Positions 1 through 12,884 are shown, numbered from the stretch's first letter. The stretch: 64,000 nucleotides of DNA from Carcharhinus amblyrhynchos (GCA_965287045.1 OZ336881.1:50344001-50408000); one strand, 5' to 3'. The notes: a model not told the origin generated them from the letters alone. Numbers and translations are program-made.

Positions 1-1087
1 CAGGATCTTCCATTCCTCGGGTCGGTGTGAACCCGATGAGAATCACTGGTGGAGACCAGACAGTGCCAGTTGAGCTCTGCAAGATGGGTATTACCAGTGT
101 GCCAGGGACAGTGCCAAGGTGTGAGGCCCAACTGGACGTCTCCAAGTGGAGGGGGCATGAAGAGGGGCACATTATGTTGGGGCAAGATGGGTTGGGGCAT
201 GGAGGGTGAGAATGTTGGGAGTAATGAAGGGGGACCCATTGGGAGGGCTCTAATGCCCAAATGCCGACAATCCATGTTGGGGAAGGGGTGGGGAAACATT
301 CCACCCAAGGTGTGGGTGGGTGGGTGGGTGGTGAGGGAGAGGGTGGAGTTCCCAATATCTGATGGAGTGGGTCCTTCAGAGCACTGTGAGAGTGGGGCAC
401 CTTTCAAAACAGCACCTAATTACTTTGCAGTCGAGCATTTCCAGCCTTTTCTGTTTTTATTTAATTATTTTTAAAAGTTGGTTCTTCAAAAAAAAAACCA
501 TGTTGAATTTTTCCTTATCAAACAGAACAATTTTTTTATCTCTGGAGAGCTTGTTTTTTTTTCTAAAAAGTCTCGGGCTTCAAAATATTTGGAGCATAAG
601 ACATTCTTTAACTCCAAGTTTGTCCTCTGGGATGGTGTTTGAAGTGCTCGTGCATACCTCTGTGCTGGCTATACCTGTGTTAGTGAGTGTGTTAACACAT
701 AGAGAGCGTATAGACAGATATCAGTGCGTAACACTGACTTGACACCAGCGTTGCTATTTTCCAGCTAGCACCTTCTATTAACCTCATATGGCAGCACATC
801 AGAGCATATATTCAGCAGTGCCACTGAAATGGATGGTCAACTAATTTCAGGTTGGTTACTCATTGACTTTTTACTGGCTTTTACTGTGATTGTAGATGGG
901 CTTGGTGGTTTCTAAGATTGTTTAAAGTTGCTGGAGCTGACAGGGAGTGTTGTGGCACATACTGAAGGACTTTGCCCTGAATGATTGTGTCAGTAACTCT
1001 AAGATACGCATTCAGAAGTCTGCACTCTCTCCAAAAGGAAGAAACAGAAACACACACCCCAAGGAGTACACACCACTCCTTGGGGCA

Positions 1088-1399
1088 CCATGGCAGCACA
1101 GTGGTTAGCACTGCTGCCACCCAGCGCCAGGTAGCCTGGTTCAATTCCAGCCTCAGGTAACTGTCTGTGTGGAGTTTGCACATTCTCCCTGTGTCTGCAT
1201 GGGTTTCCTCCAGGTGCTCCGGTTTCCTTCCACAGTCTGAAGGTGTGCGTGTTAGGTTGATTGGCCATGTTAAATTGACCCTGAGTGTCAGGGGGATTAG
1301 CAGGGTAAATATGTGTGGTTATGGGGATAAGGGATTGTTATCAGTTCAGGCTTGATGGGCCGAATGGCCTCCTTTTTCACTGTAGCGATTCTATGATTC
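1088..1399 (+). mobile_element. HE1-type V-SINE
   Basis: tRNA-like head (GGCAGCACAGTGGTTAGCAC...GGTTCAATTCC), V-domain (TGTGTGGAGTTTGCACATTCTCCC...), CR1-like tail GATTCTATGATTC. Confidence 0.92.
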
Positions 1400-1516
1400 C
1401 ATGTACTCAGCTGGTTGAGGACATCCTATGTATGCAGAACTTGGCTATTAGTTTCTGCAGTAAGAAGTCTCACAACACCAGGTTGAAGTCCAACAGGTTT
1501 ATTTGGTAGCAAATGC

Positions 1517-1551
1517 CACTAGCTTTCGGAGTGCTGCCCCTTCATCCGGTA
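1517..1551 (-). ncRNA. degenerate minimal hammerhead ribozyme (Penelope family 1)
   Basis: Reverse complement TAC-CGGATGA-A-GGGGC AGC ACTCC-GAAA-GC-TA-GTG; the core CUGAUGA is mutated to CGGAUGA. Confidence 0.6.
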
Positions 1552-1926
1552 AGTGGGAGTTCTATTCACAAACAGGGCATATAAAAACACAAACACAATT
1601 TACAAAACAATGGTTGGAATGCGAGTTTTTGCAGGCAATCAAGTCCAAAGCCGACATCTCCACGTCATATTAGTTTCTGAACAGGGATCCTGAGTTCATG
1701 TCACACTACATGTAACACTCACTATTTGGCCTGGGCATGCAAAATCCTACTAACTGCCCTGGCTTAAGACAATTCACACTTCTTTAACCTGTGATTATCC
1801 CTCTCTCCACTCGCACAGAATGTAACTGTAAAGACTTGATTACCTGAAAAGACCCGCATTCCAATCATTATCTTGCAATTGAGTCTTTGTCTATATATGG
1901 TCTGCTTGTGAACCCAAATCTCCACT

Positions 1927-1956
1927 CACCTGATGAAGGAGCAGCGCTCTGAACTT
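1927..1956 (+). ncRNA. degenerate minimal hammerhead ribozyme (Penelope family 1)
   Basis: CAC-CTGATGA-A-GGAGC AGC GCTCT-GAAC; GAAA box and stem III are damaged. Confidence 0.5.
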
Positions 1957-2728
1957 CTGATACCAAATAAACTTGTTGGACTTTAATCTGGTGTTGTGAG
2001 ACTTTTTACTGTGCTCCAAAAATGGAGAGCAAGCACCTCTGTCATGGAGGAAGTTATCGATAGCGAGGCTGGCTTGCTGGATAGGGAGGCTGATGATCTA
2101 CATCACCTACCTCACTTCAGGTGGAAAATGCATTGAATTAAATGACACAGTTTTTAGAAACCACGGAGAAATTTTGTCGGTTTCCCTCAATCCAAATAGA
2201 TATAAAATAACACTGAGCAGAATTTTAACCAGAAAGGATTCACTGAGCATGGCTCCAAAACTACAATCAGCAAGCTCACATGCAAGTTTCAAATCCTGCT
2301 GAATGTTATTTTTGGTGCATCCATTTCACATAATTGACTTAACAACTTAGCGAAGGTAGGAATTTAACAAGAGATGAACTTATCAGTAGTCTAAAATAGT
2401 GCTGAAACATTACTGTATTACAAATAGTTCCAAAGGCAACGGATTGCTGTAATCTTTATATCAAGCCACCATCTGTTTGTTTATCACTCAATGCACTTTA
2501 AGATAAGGAATGATGGAAGAGTAACTTTTAAAGTGTAACTCAATGGACCTTTGTGCAAAACCCGATTAAAAATTGGACAGCTGGCTCAAATTCAATTGCT
2601 CCTACTTTTGGGTGCAGAGGCCATGAGCGACCCACACCTGTTCCTGTTGGGCAAGCAGAAAACAAACTTCTTGCTGTCTCCTCATGTTAATAAGGAGAGC
2701 ATTTAGACAAATGCCAACACGTTTGGCA

Positions 2729-2840
2729 GTGCGCTGTACCGGTGGCTTGAGTGCTGTACCGGGTGTTTGGGTGCTGTACCAGGGGCATGAGCGGTATACT
2801 GAGGGAGTGAGTGCTGTACCAGGAGAGTGAGTGTTGTAAC
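2729..2840 (+). repeat. degenerate ~20-bp minisatellite
   Basis: GTGCTGTACC-type core recurs about every 20 bp, 5-6 units. Confidence 0.75.
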
Positions 2841-3000
2841 ATAGGGGTTGGCAGTATGTGTGGCTAACATATGTTCCAACTAGCTTCCACCTATGCAGAC
2901 AGTCAGTGATTTTATAGGGGAGCTGCATTCATTTGGGAAGCGGTTGCTGATAGTGTGTAAGTAGAAGTTACATAAATAGAGTATCAATGTAGAGAGAGTG

Positions 3001-3897
3001 TTGTAGAGGTTTACGGTATAAAAACAGTCCCTCCAGCCCAACTTATCCATGCCGTCTAGTTTTTACCCATAAGCTAGTCCCAATTGCCTGCATTTGGCCC
3101 ATATCCCTCCATACCCATCTTACCCACACAACTATCTAAATGCTTTTCAAAAGATAAAAAAATTGTACCCACCTCTACTACTGCCTCAGCTCGTTCCAGA
3201 CACTCACCACCCTTTGAGTGAAAGAATTGCCCCTCTGGACCTTTTTGTATCTCACCTTAAACCTATGCCCTTTAGTTTTAGACTCCCCTACCCTTGGGAA
3301 AAGTTGTTGACTATCTACCTTATCTATGTCCCTCACTATTTTATAGGCCTCTATAAGATCACCCCTAAGCCACCTATGGTCCAAGGAAAAAAATCCCAGT
3401 ATATCCATCTTCTCCTTATATTTCCAACCGTCAAGTCCCAGTAGCATCCTAGTAAATCTTTTCTGCACTTGTTCTTGTTTAATAATACCCTTTTTATAAA
3501 AGAGTGATCAGAACTGTGCACAGTATTCCAAGTATGGTCTTGTAAAACTTCAACAAGATGTCCCAACTCAACAACAGTATTCAATGATTTGACCAATGAA
3601 AGCAAGCATGCAGAGTGCCTTCTTCACCTGTGACTCGGCTTTCAAGGAGCTACGAACTAGTTCTTTTTGTTCCATAACTTTCCCCAACACTGTACTTTTA
3701 ACTGATTCAATCTACCAAAATGCATCACCTCACATTTAGCTAATTTAAATTCCATCTGCCATTCATCGGCCCACTGGCCCAATTGATCAAGATCCCGTTT
3801 GCAATCCTAGATAACCTTCTTCACTGTCCACTATGCCACCAATTTTGGCATCAACTGCAAACTTACTAACCATGCCTCCTGAATTCTCATCCAAATC
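3001..3897 (-). mobile_element. CR1/HER1 LINE 3' fragment (decayed ORF2)
   Basis: Minus-strand translations SKFAVDAKIGGIVDSEEG, QKRFTRMLLG, LRGDLIEAYKI, FTQRVVSVWNEL. Confidence 0.92.
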
Positions 3898-3902
3898 AGT
3901 TG

Positions 3903-4180
3903 ACTGACTGTATGGAGTTTGAAGGTTCTCCCATTGTCTGCCTGGGTTACTTTCGGGTGCTCCAGTTCCCTTCCACAGTCCAAAGATGTGTGGGTTAGGT
4001 AAATTGGTCATACAAAATTTCCCCTTAGTGTCCCAAGATGTGTAGGTTAGGAGAATTAATGAGATAAATGTGTGGAATTATGGGGATAGGCCCTTGGTAA
4101 GATGCTCTGTTGAAGAGTCGGTGCAGGCCTAATGGCCCAAGTGGCCTCCTTCTGCACTATAGAGGTTCTATGGTTCTATG
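3903..4180 (+). mobile_element. HE1-type SINE, 5'-truncated
   Basis: V-domain and (GGTTCTAT)n tail. Confidence 0.88.
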
Positions 4181-4869
4181 AATGCACAAAAGTGAATAGT
4201 TCATGTTTGTATAATTGACATGTTGTTTGGTAAAGATGCTGTCGGAAGATTTTTGTGGTGACTTTTACTGCAAGATGATGGTCAAAAGGACATTGTGATG
4301 GTGCGTCTGAGATGGTGAGAAGGTCAGGAATAATGGAGCCAGGATGGTGAAAGGATGATATTCCAAGGCAGTATTTTTCAGACTTTTTTTTACTGGGACC
4401 CACTTCTGCCATCTGACCGAATGTTGGGACCCAGCCATGTTCACTCATTCGCCAGTGTTTTCCCACACCCATGGGCTTGGCATCCTGATTTGTGTTGGCA
4501 TAATTTACAGAACTACATCTCAAGAAATCATCTTCATACAGCTTTGTTCCTGATATTAGTTTCTCCTTTGTAGGCTGTTCACGGAGCAAACAGTAACACT
4601 TCTCTGTCCTGTCGTGGACTCTCTGTAGCCGTCGTCTCCAGCAGATTGTGATGTGAGATCCTGGCCAATAGCTACACTGTCTATTAGTGTCTCTGGCCGT
4701 CTCCTGTAACTAAAAAATCCATTTCCATGCTCCTCTTGCTTTGCTCAGAAGTGAAAGGAACTAATCTCCAAGTGAATTCATGTCAAAAGCACGTACATAC
4801 AGGGTGCTTTATGCCAAGCATATATGGAGGGTGTGCTGACCTGCTCACTGTTGCTTTTTATGGTAGTAG

Positions 4870-5110
4870 ATTATGAATGGCTTACTGAGGTACATTGGCA
4901 GTGTAACCTGCTCCCACTTAGAAGGATCCAGTTATGTAGATGTTTCATGTGACAGTCATCTTGATGGCCACTTGCAGCACTGTCCACACCCTGCTGTGAC
5001 ACTGCAGGTCCTTTTGAAAGAGGCAGCACAGTCCCGTGACCATCTCCTTGGTGTATGGAGGTAAAGGCAGTGCTCCCTGTAACTCACTGGTGGATAGGGA
5101 CTTTTGTGAT
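4870..5110 (-). pseudogene. PIF/Harbinger transposase N-terminal remnant
   Basis: Minus-strand PYPPVSYR and LQVAIKMTVT*NIYITGSF*VGAG match the Harbinger motifs YPPRVYR and LPVAVKVTVALNFYATGSFQ. Confidence 0.7.
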
Positions 5111-5481
5111 TTATCCTGCTGCTCCTCCTGTCTCCTAGCAGAACTTCCCTTCCCTGGAACCTCGGCTCCACTTCCACATAGCGTTGCAGAATCTGAGACA
5201 CTACAACTACAGCCTTAAAACCATTGTAGCCGTTCTGTAGACAGGTCACACAACACTCTGGCTCTCACTGTGAGGATGCAACAAACTTAGTCTGTACCAA
5301 ATCTAGTAACTCGCCATAACACTTCAAGAATATTCCACATTATTTCCACCATCTTAGTAAAAGTAGAGATGAGTCAAAAACATTTTTTCTCTAAGTTGGA
5401 TAGCTGGTCCTTTAAATAATGCTAGCTGGGGAATGTAGTGGATTCATGCGTTGCTAATGGTGAGTAGCACAGAGCTGTATT

Positions 5482-5650
5482 GTGGGATTTTACGACCTCG
5501 CTCGGCAAGGCTCGTAAAATGCTGCCCCGGGGCAATGGAGAATTCCGTTCTGCGAGCCTCGCCCACTGTGGAATTGAGGAGGTAAAATTCTGGCCATACG
5601 GCTGAAAGGCATTTTCCAGACTTGGGGTGAGCGCGGCTGAAAAATTCCAT
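5482..5650. mobile_element. short non-autonomous DNA element (MITE-like)
   Basis: GGGATTTTAC...GTAAAATTCTGGCC-type termini shared with copies at about 6251, 17335, 17666, 47747 and 50090. Confidence 0.6.
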
Positions 5651-6250
5651 CTGTAATGTGTAGGAACATCAAAGTTAGTCTGATTGGCTGATTGTTATCA
5701 CGATCCAGTCACTGTCTAAGCTTCCTGCAAATGCGTGGAATACCTGTTCTGGTGTCTGTTCCAGCCTCACGGGCCACACTGAATGTACTTTTTGTGTCAT
5801 TTAATCACTTTATGGCCTCAGCAGCACTGGCACCAGCAGCTCCACAGAGGCCAATTTTACAGCAATTGTCAATAAACTTTTAATTGCAGTTTGCACTAAA
5901 GCATCTGCTTATTAAGATCATCGTAGCTACTTCAAGTGGGATATATTCTACAGATTAATTATTAAAGCTATTATCAGATGTACAACAATGCACAGTAATT
6001 TCTTGGGTTACACAACTCTTAACAGATGTTTTGCTGAAGTAGACACTTCTATATTGACTACTTTTGCAACTAAAACGATATTTTTAACAGTTTTACAGTA
6101 CATGGTACATAAATCGCAAACAATTTTACTAAATAAATCATTTCTTCTTCAATGTTTCCATTGGTCCTCAGCCAAAAATATAGTGCAAAATCAGGAGAAT
6201 CACTCACCTTTGTCTTTATTTATTAAACCCTGAAACATATGCCCTCTATA

Positions 6251-6555
6251 GCCAGGATTTTCCAGTCCCACTGTAGTGGGAGCCACTGTGGGAAATTCGA
6301 CAACTCAGCCATTGATTTTGGTGGGACCAGACAATCCCAGCAGTGGGAGAGTCTGGAAAATTCCACGCAGGCATCTGGATTCTCTGTCTTCCTCCCTATG
6401 GCATTTCTCTTGCCAGCGAGAGGCGGTGCACCATTGGCTGATGTCAGGGTCTTTTGGTCCTGCTACTGTCGATGGAATTTCCCATTGATTCCACCCCACA
6501 CTGCCGAGAAACCTACGGTGAAGGTGCGCCGTCAGCCAGACAAGAAGATTCTGCC
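6251..6555. mobile_element. MITE-like element
   Basis: GCCAGGATTTTCC...AAGATTCTGCC imperfect terminal inverted repeats; internal GGAAAATTCC motif. Confidence 0.55.
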
Positions 6556-7071
6556 AGCGTGAAGAGCTGTAAGATTGCGTCCATTGTCTTTTCCCATTGC
6601 ACTCAGACTTCCAAGAAACAGATTCAAACTCCTGGATCCTAAAATGCACCAAGTCACATTTCTCAGCACTGATTTCTGTCAGTCACCTTCTGTTTGCCCA
6701 TTCTATGATCCCATCAATATTCTGTGAAGTCTTTCGCAGCTTTTCTCATTGTTGTTCAAGTGTGTTTTAATGCTGGATCCTTGATACACGAACTGTAAAC
6801 ACCTATAGACATCTTGAACAAAAGTGAATCCAGCATTGATACCTGGGTCCAAATAGTGTCCAAGCTGACTATTTGTATACCATATCAGCATTGTTCATAT
6901 CAACATTTACTCTCCCTTTATAATCTTTTAAGATTAAATATACTTCACACTGCTCAGCTGATGACCTTATGGTTAGTGGGATCATATATTTAGGAATCGT
7001 ATGTTCTCTGGCACTTCTAACAATGTTCTCTGGTTTAATGGAACACTTGAGACTAGGTTTACGTAAAGTTA

Positions 7072-7352
7072 AAATTTATTTACTAGTCACAAGTAGGCTT
7101 GCATTAACACAGCAATGAAGTTACTGTGAAAACCCTCTACTCACCACACTCTGGCGCCTGTTTAGATACATAGAGGAAGAATTTAGCATGGCCAATGCAC
7201 CTAACCAGCATATTTTTGGACTGTGGGAGGAACACCTGGAGGAAACCCATCCAGACACGGGGAGAATGTGCACACTCCACACAGACATTGACCCAAGCCA
7301 GGAATTGCCATATCCCTGGTGCTGTGAGGCAGTAGTGCTAACCACTGTGCCA
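7072..7352 (-). mobile_element. HE1-headed SINE with alternative (Rex1-like) tail
   Basis: HE1 head and V-domain followed by TTTTCACAGTAACTTCATTGCTGTGTTAATGCAAGCCTACTTGTGACTAGTAAATAAA. Confidence 0.88.
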
Positions 7353-8584
7353 CTCGTAAAACATACCTTTTAGTCAGCATATAAATTTTTTGACGAGTAT
7401 TTGATGATTTATTTACAGCGGCAACAACGTTTGATTTTCGCCTACGTCATGAAATATCATTCAAAGGTTGCAGGAGTTGTGGTTTCATGATCTCCTCCCA
7501 TTGCCATTCAATAAGCCTGCTTATAATGAGATCAATGGGCCAGTTAATATGCACCCTGTTGTCAGAAATTGTTTAATAGCATTAGTTCCTAGGCAGGTTA
7601 TGCTAGTGTTGGCCTGGGCTGTGACACATGCTTTTAACAGTGGTTTTATAATAAGTATTAACTATTGAAAGGAATATTTTGCTCACCACAGGGTGTTCCC
7701 TTTAAGAGATCTCTACTATATTATTAGAGCTCCAATTTCATCAGAAAGGGTTATTAGAGCCTAACGATTTCTGGATTTAATTTCTCCAAAAGTAACAAAG
7801 TCATTAACAAAGGAACAAACTAAAAGCTCGAGTCTTTGGCATTCTGGTCTACTTAGTTGATACAATTGCCAATGCTTCTATTATCCACTGTTGATTTTAG
7901 GTATCTGTAGGTTTGATTTTTGATCCTCTTATACCGCATAACGATAACAATTGCGATGAGCATGGCTTCTAGTTTGCGGAAGAGAGATATGAGTTGGCAA
8001 AGATTATACACACACGCGTTTTAACACACTGCCTCGTACCGAGACAGCACAAGTTTCAAGAATTTAAACGCATCTGTTTGTGGCAGAAATAAGAAACTCA
8101 ATCATTATTATCCACTACCAACATCAAATAATTATTAGGATGAAGGTTAATAAACAGAATTGGGTCATTTTGGCAATAGTAATATTTTGCTTCTTTCAGC
8201 AAAGATAATTAGTATATCCACTTGTGTGACTAAATGAGGATGTGACCCAGTCAGAACTAAACAAATCATAAGGTAACAATGTTATATTAGAAACTTGTAA
8301 TAAAACAATGTCGGAGCAGCTCAACAGCAATCATTAATCCTCTGCTGATGACATCTCTTGGGAAAGCAACACATACTTTATCATTTACTATCACCCCTTT
8401 CCCCAGTTCATTCATTCTTAACTAATAATATCATGCCTTCATCTTAACAAATTAGAACTCAGTTGCCAATTGTCCTTAATGCCAATTACCAATTACTGTC
8501 TGTCTTTTCTTCTGTATGTTATTACTATTCCAAACACTTGCTGTCTTTATAAATATGGATTATTTATCTCCTGGATCAGGGATT

Positions 8585-8710
8585 ACAGAATGGCAAGAAT
8601 GTGTTGCACATTTTGGGGAAGGAGATGATTGCAGCAGTGAATGCCACCTCGTTGAGCTTCAGGACTGTGCAGGGAAAAGTTGAATGAACTCACCAAAACA
8701 AGGAAGGTAA
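8585..8710 (+). pseudogene. Harbinger Myb/SANT-like gene remnant
   Basis: EMIAAVNATSLSFRTVQ resembles the Myb_DNA-bind_5 motif IA..VNA.S...RT..Q; followed by GGTAA. Confidence 0.45.
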
Positions 8711-9123
8711 CCTACCTATTCTCCCTGATCCTTCCTTGCAGTTTCTGTTTGTATGGTACTCTTTCATTCATTATCTTCATGTTGCCAGAGCAGCCATAGA
8801 TGAAAGTGGAAACTCCACAGTAGTCAGAAGCTGTCGTTTGAATCTGTTGATCATTCTCCAGGGTCCTTCTTGAGAACAGATGTTGCTGGATGAGTATTAT
8901 AGTCACATGGAGAGACTGAGAATTGTCTTGATGAGCTGAGACAGATGATAAGGACCAAGATGCCCAGCGTTAGCCAACGTTAGCATCTGAGAAGGATTTA
9001 ACAAAGCAGTGAGTGATGTTAGGAATAAGTGAACAGACCTTCCAATTAAGTCCTAATTTGATTCAATAGAGGTCACTGATACATAAAGATGGCACTGGGT
9101 TGTTGGTGGAGATTTGTGTGTGA

Positions 9124-9325
9124 ATCATAGAATCATAAGAAACCCTACAGTGCAGAAAGAGACCATCTGGCCCATCGAGTCTGCACCGACCACAATCCCA
9201 CCCAGGCCCTGCCCCCAGATCTCTACATATTTACCCTCTAATCCCTCTAACCTACACATCTCAGGACACTAAGGGGCAGTTTTAGCATGGCCAATCAACC
9301 TAACCCACACATCTTTGGACTGTGG
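9124..9325 (-). mobile_element. HE1-type SINE 3' half
   Basis: ATCATAGAATC tail through CATCTTTGGACTGTGG. Confidence 0.88.
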
Positions 9326-10184
9326 AGTTGCATCAAAGAAATAAAAGTGTTTTTTGAAGGAGAACTCATGTCTCCTTCACTGTACAGCAACTGAGAAGCT
9401 CAAACAAGTGTTGGCACTAAGAACATCTGCCAGGAATAAGAACCATTTCTACTTTCAGTGTTTGTCCCTTGTCCGTGTGTATTAGCTAGAAGCCCTTTAG
9501 GAACAAATAATGTTCCTCCTTCTCCCTTTCTAAGAAGAATTCTATATCAAGTTCACTAACAATGAATGCAAAGAGGACGTTTTCATCGATGATATTTAAG
9601 CTTTGGGTGATTATTTTGAGACAATAATGAAAAATCAATGGTCAGGAGACTAATGATATCACAATGCAACAAACAACACCGACATCCCTAACTGTCAGTT
9701 CCCTTTAGGAGAATTATAAGAGCAGTGTGGAGAGACAAAGTATAGGAAGGGCAATAGGAAGAAACAATGAATGGAACTACATGTATGTATGGATAATCTG
9801 GTGGGTCTGGAGGCAGTGGTGGGGATGGGGGTGGGATTGGGCGGGGGATGTAGTGAGTGGGTCATGTGGACAGGCATAGTTAGACAAATAGATGTTGAAA
9901 AGGAATGCTATCATGTTCCTGCCTCCTGTTGCTTTTCCTGGAAGGGTCTAAGTGCTGACAACCTGCCTGGCAGCAGTGGAAAGCCCATTAAGGTTGTTAA
10001 TGAAGCAAATAGTGGACATTTCTGAGCACAATGGAATTTTATTGGTAACGCACATGGTCCTGACTACAGTGGCTATAGCTCATCAATTCATAGGAGGCGA
10101 GTAGAGAGCGTGAAGTCACAGTGCCACAGAAATGATACCCAACCCACACATTAAAAGGTCCAAATCTGCTATTTTTATTATTTT

Positions 10185-10915
10185 TTTCATGTGATGAGGG
10201 CATCAAGCATTTGTCGCCCATCCTTAATTACCCTTGAACAACTAGCAAACCATGCCAAGCCATTTGGGAGGGCGATCATTGTGGGTCTGGAGTCACATAT
10301 AGTCCAAGGGCGGCATACTGGCACACTGGGTTAGCATTGCTGCCACACAGCTCCAGGGACCCGGATTTGATTCCCAGCTTGGGTCATTGTCTGCGTGGAG
10401 TTTGCACATTCTGTCCGTGTCTGCATGGGTTTCCTCTGGGTGCTCTGGTTTCATCCCACATACCAAAGGTGTGCAGGTTTTGTGGTTGGACCATGTTAAT
10501 TAAATTGCCCCTTTGTGTCCCAAGATGCGTAGGTTAGGGGGATTAGTGGGTGACTTCTTGGGGTAACTATGTGGGGTTACGGAAATAGGACCTGGGTAAG
10601 ATACAGAAATGGGTCAGTGCAGATTCAGTGGGCTGAATGGCCTCTTTCTGCACTGTAGGGATTCTATGATTTTAATTACTCTGGAACTGGAAATCACCAG
10701 CAAACCGTGCTAGGCAATTTCAGAGGGCAAACTGCAGATGGGTTTTTGTAACAATCAATGACATTTGTCATAGTCACCATTACTGAGACCAATTTTATAT
10801 TCCAGATTAATTAATTGAATTTAAAATCTTCTATGGTGGAATTTAAATCCATGACCCTTGAGTATTAGCTTGGATCACTAATCCAGAGTCATTAGCACCA
10901 CTCAACCATCTCCCC
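10185..10915 (-). mobile_element. tRNA-derived SINE (family C) interrupted by an HE1
   Basis: Matches copies at 50895-51180 and 60045-60390 (GCATTT..GCCCATCC.TAATT...TTCCAGAT...TTGAATTTAAA). Confidence 0.65.
10308..10672 (+). mobile_element. HE1-type V-SINE
   Basis: Full head, V-domain and GGGATTCTATGATT tail. Confidence 0.92.
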
Positions 10916-11525
10916 CCGAGGTCAGCAGTAGGCAGAGGCTTGTAATTACAGGATTGTGTCCTGGAGACCGATATCCAGATAACTAGCTCTGGTGATGGAG
11001 AAGTGGTTGTCGTTTCCACTAATCATTTTACCCTTCCTGCTCCCTCCCATTCACCTCAGTCACAGTCTCAGTGCAGAGACAGTGAAGGTTGTTGGGTGCC
11101 CTTGCTTTTGTGAATGCTGAATCGCTGCCCCACCTCATCAATTTACCCACCATCCCTAATTGGATGGTGATCCTCAAAGCGACCTCTAAATTGGGCTCCT
11201 CCCAGAAGATTGCACCGGCAGTCCCTCTGCTGCATCACATTGGGTTCATGATTCAAAACAGATATTGCCATCCAGAAAAGACCTAAGATGGGCAATTCAC
11301 CTAATGTGTCACATATAATTTGCAAAGGTTCTCTCCATAATGTGAAAGCAAAACTCTTTTACACATGAAGGTAAAGTTGGGTGTCATCACTGTCTGGGTA
11401 AAGGCTAACCCCACATTATGAATGATGTTACTGAGGGCTAAGTGAATGGAAAAAACGAAATCTCTCAAAATTACGAGATGCAAGAATAACTAAAATCCTA
11501 CAAGACAGAAGAAAGGTTTTAGGAA

Positions 11526-12717
11526 GATTTTCAGAAGGCGTTTGACAAAGTACCTTACAAGAGGTTATTGCAGAAGGTCGAGGGACATGGAGTTGGGGGT
11601 AGGGTGTTAGCGTGGATAGAGGATTGGTTGTCAAATAGGAGGCAGAGAGTGGGGGTCAACGGGTGCTATTCGGATTGACGGATGGCGACTAGTGGAGTGC
11701 CCCAGGGGTCGGTGCTGGGGCCTCAGCTTTTTACCATTTATATAGATGATCTGGAGGAGGGAACTGAGTGTAGGGTGTCGAAATTTGCTGATGACACCAA
11801 GATTGGGGGAACGGCAAATTGTGTGGAGGGTGTGTACAGTCTACAGAAGGATCTAGATAGGCTGGGCGAATGTGCCAGGAAATGGCAAATGGAATTTAAT
11901 GTTGGCAAGTGTGAGGTGGTCCACTTTGGTAGGAAGAATGGTAGGAAGGACTATTACTTACGGGGCGAAAAACTGCAGCAGGCGACGGTGCAGAGGGACC
12001 TTGGGGTCCTTGTGCATGAGTCGCAAAAACCCAGCTTGCAGGTGCAGCAGGTGGTCGGGAAGGCAAATGGGATGCTGGCCTTCATAGCGAGGGGGATTGA
12101 ATATAGAAGTAGGGAGGTCTTGCTGCAGCTGTATAGGGCATTGGTGAGGCCGCAGCTGGAGTACTGTGTGCAGTTTTGGGCGCCGCACCTGCGCAAAGAT
12201 ATTTTGGCCTTGGAGGGAGTGCAGAGGAGGTTTACTAGGCTGATACCGGAGTTGAGGGGGTTGAGCTATGAGGAGAGGCTGAATAAACTAGGCTTGTACT
12301 CGTTAGAGTTTCGAAGAATGAGGGGAGATCTCATTGAGACGTATAAGATGATGAATGGGATGGATAGGATAGAGGTGGAGAGACTCTTCCCGCTCAAAAA
12401 AGACAGTAGGACTAGGGGGCACAGCCTCAAGATAAAAGGGGGGCGGTTTAGAACGGAGTTGAGGAGGAACTTCTTCACTCAAAGGGTGGTGAATCTCTGG
12501 AATTCTCTGCCCGTTGAAGTGGTGGAGGCTGCCTCGCTAAATATTTTTAAGAAGCGGGTTGATGGGTTTTTGATAAGAGAGGGGATTAAGGGTTATGGGG
12601 AGAGGGCCGGAAAGTGGAACTGAGCAGCGACAGATCAGCCATGATCTTATTGAATGGCGGGGCAGGCTCGAAGGGCTAGTTGGCCTACTCCTGCTCCTAT
12701 TTCTTATGTTTCTTATG
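11526..12717 (+). mobile_element. young 5'-truncated CR1/HER1 LINE
   Basis: Starts in frame at DFQKAFDKVP; contains the RT ORF, 3' UTR and (TTCTTATG)n tail. Confidence 0.97.
11682..12623 (+). pseudogene. CR1 ORF2 reverse transcriptase C-terminal part (313 aa, truncated)
   Basis: GVPQGSVLGP, FADD catalytic motif, YRALVRPQLEYC, RRMRGDLIE, FFTQRVVNLWNSLP; in-frame TGA at 11676-11678 is TGG in the sister copy. Confidence 0.95.
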
Positions 12718-12884
12718 AAACATTTTGATCTGAAGAAAAGCTGGAAAGGCAGAAACACAGAGCAACACCACCAGGGAAGGTGTCTGAAAAAAGATTTGGA
12801 AATTAAAGGCAGAAATTTAAAATTCCTCTTTGTACCAGAAGACTCCATAGGCTCTCTTGCATATTCCGGCTTCAATTCCAGAGT

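Larger units (their letters stand above)
1457..2014. mobile_element. Penelope-like element remnant with two inverted terminal (pLTR) segments
   Basis: 1460-1645 is the reverse complement of the terminal segment at about 1830-2012 (CCAAATAAACCTGTTGGACTTTAACCTGGTGTTGTGAGAC). The same terminus follows a GIY-YIG remnant at 43385-44132. Confidence 0.85.

Noticed and set aside
310-346. G-quadruplex-type (GGGT)n run, with similar G-runs at about 9820, 21310 and 47150
   Set aside because: Simple G-rich tracts, mostly inside repeat interiors, with no evidence of function.
1088-1160. tRNA genes at SINE heads
   Set aside because: A and B boxes are present, but the sequences run into SINE bodies and give no complete cloverleaf.
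881-1355. Recurrent ORFs such as MWSLHILPVSAWVSS... here and at many other loci, resembling a gene family
   Set aside because: They are translations of the HE1 SINE core.
4176-4589. 137-aa ORF
   Set aside because: No recognisable motif; lies next to a decayed Harbinger remnant.
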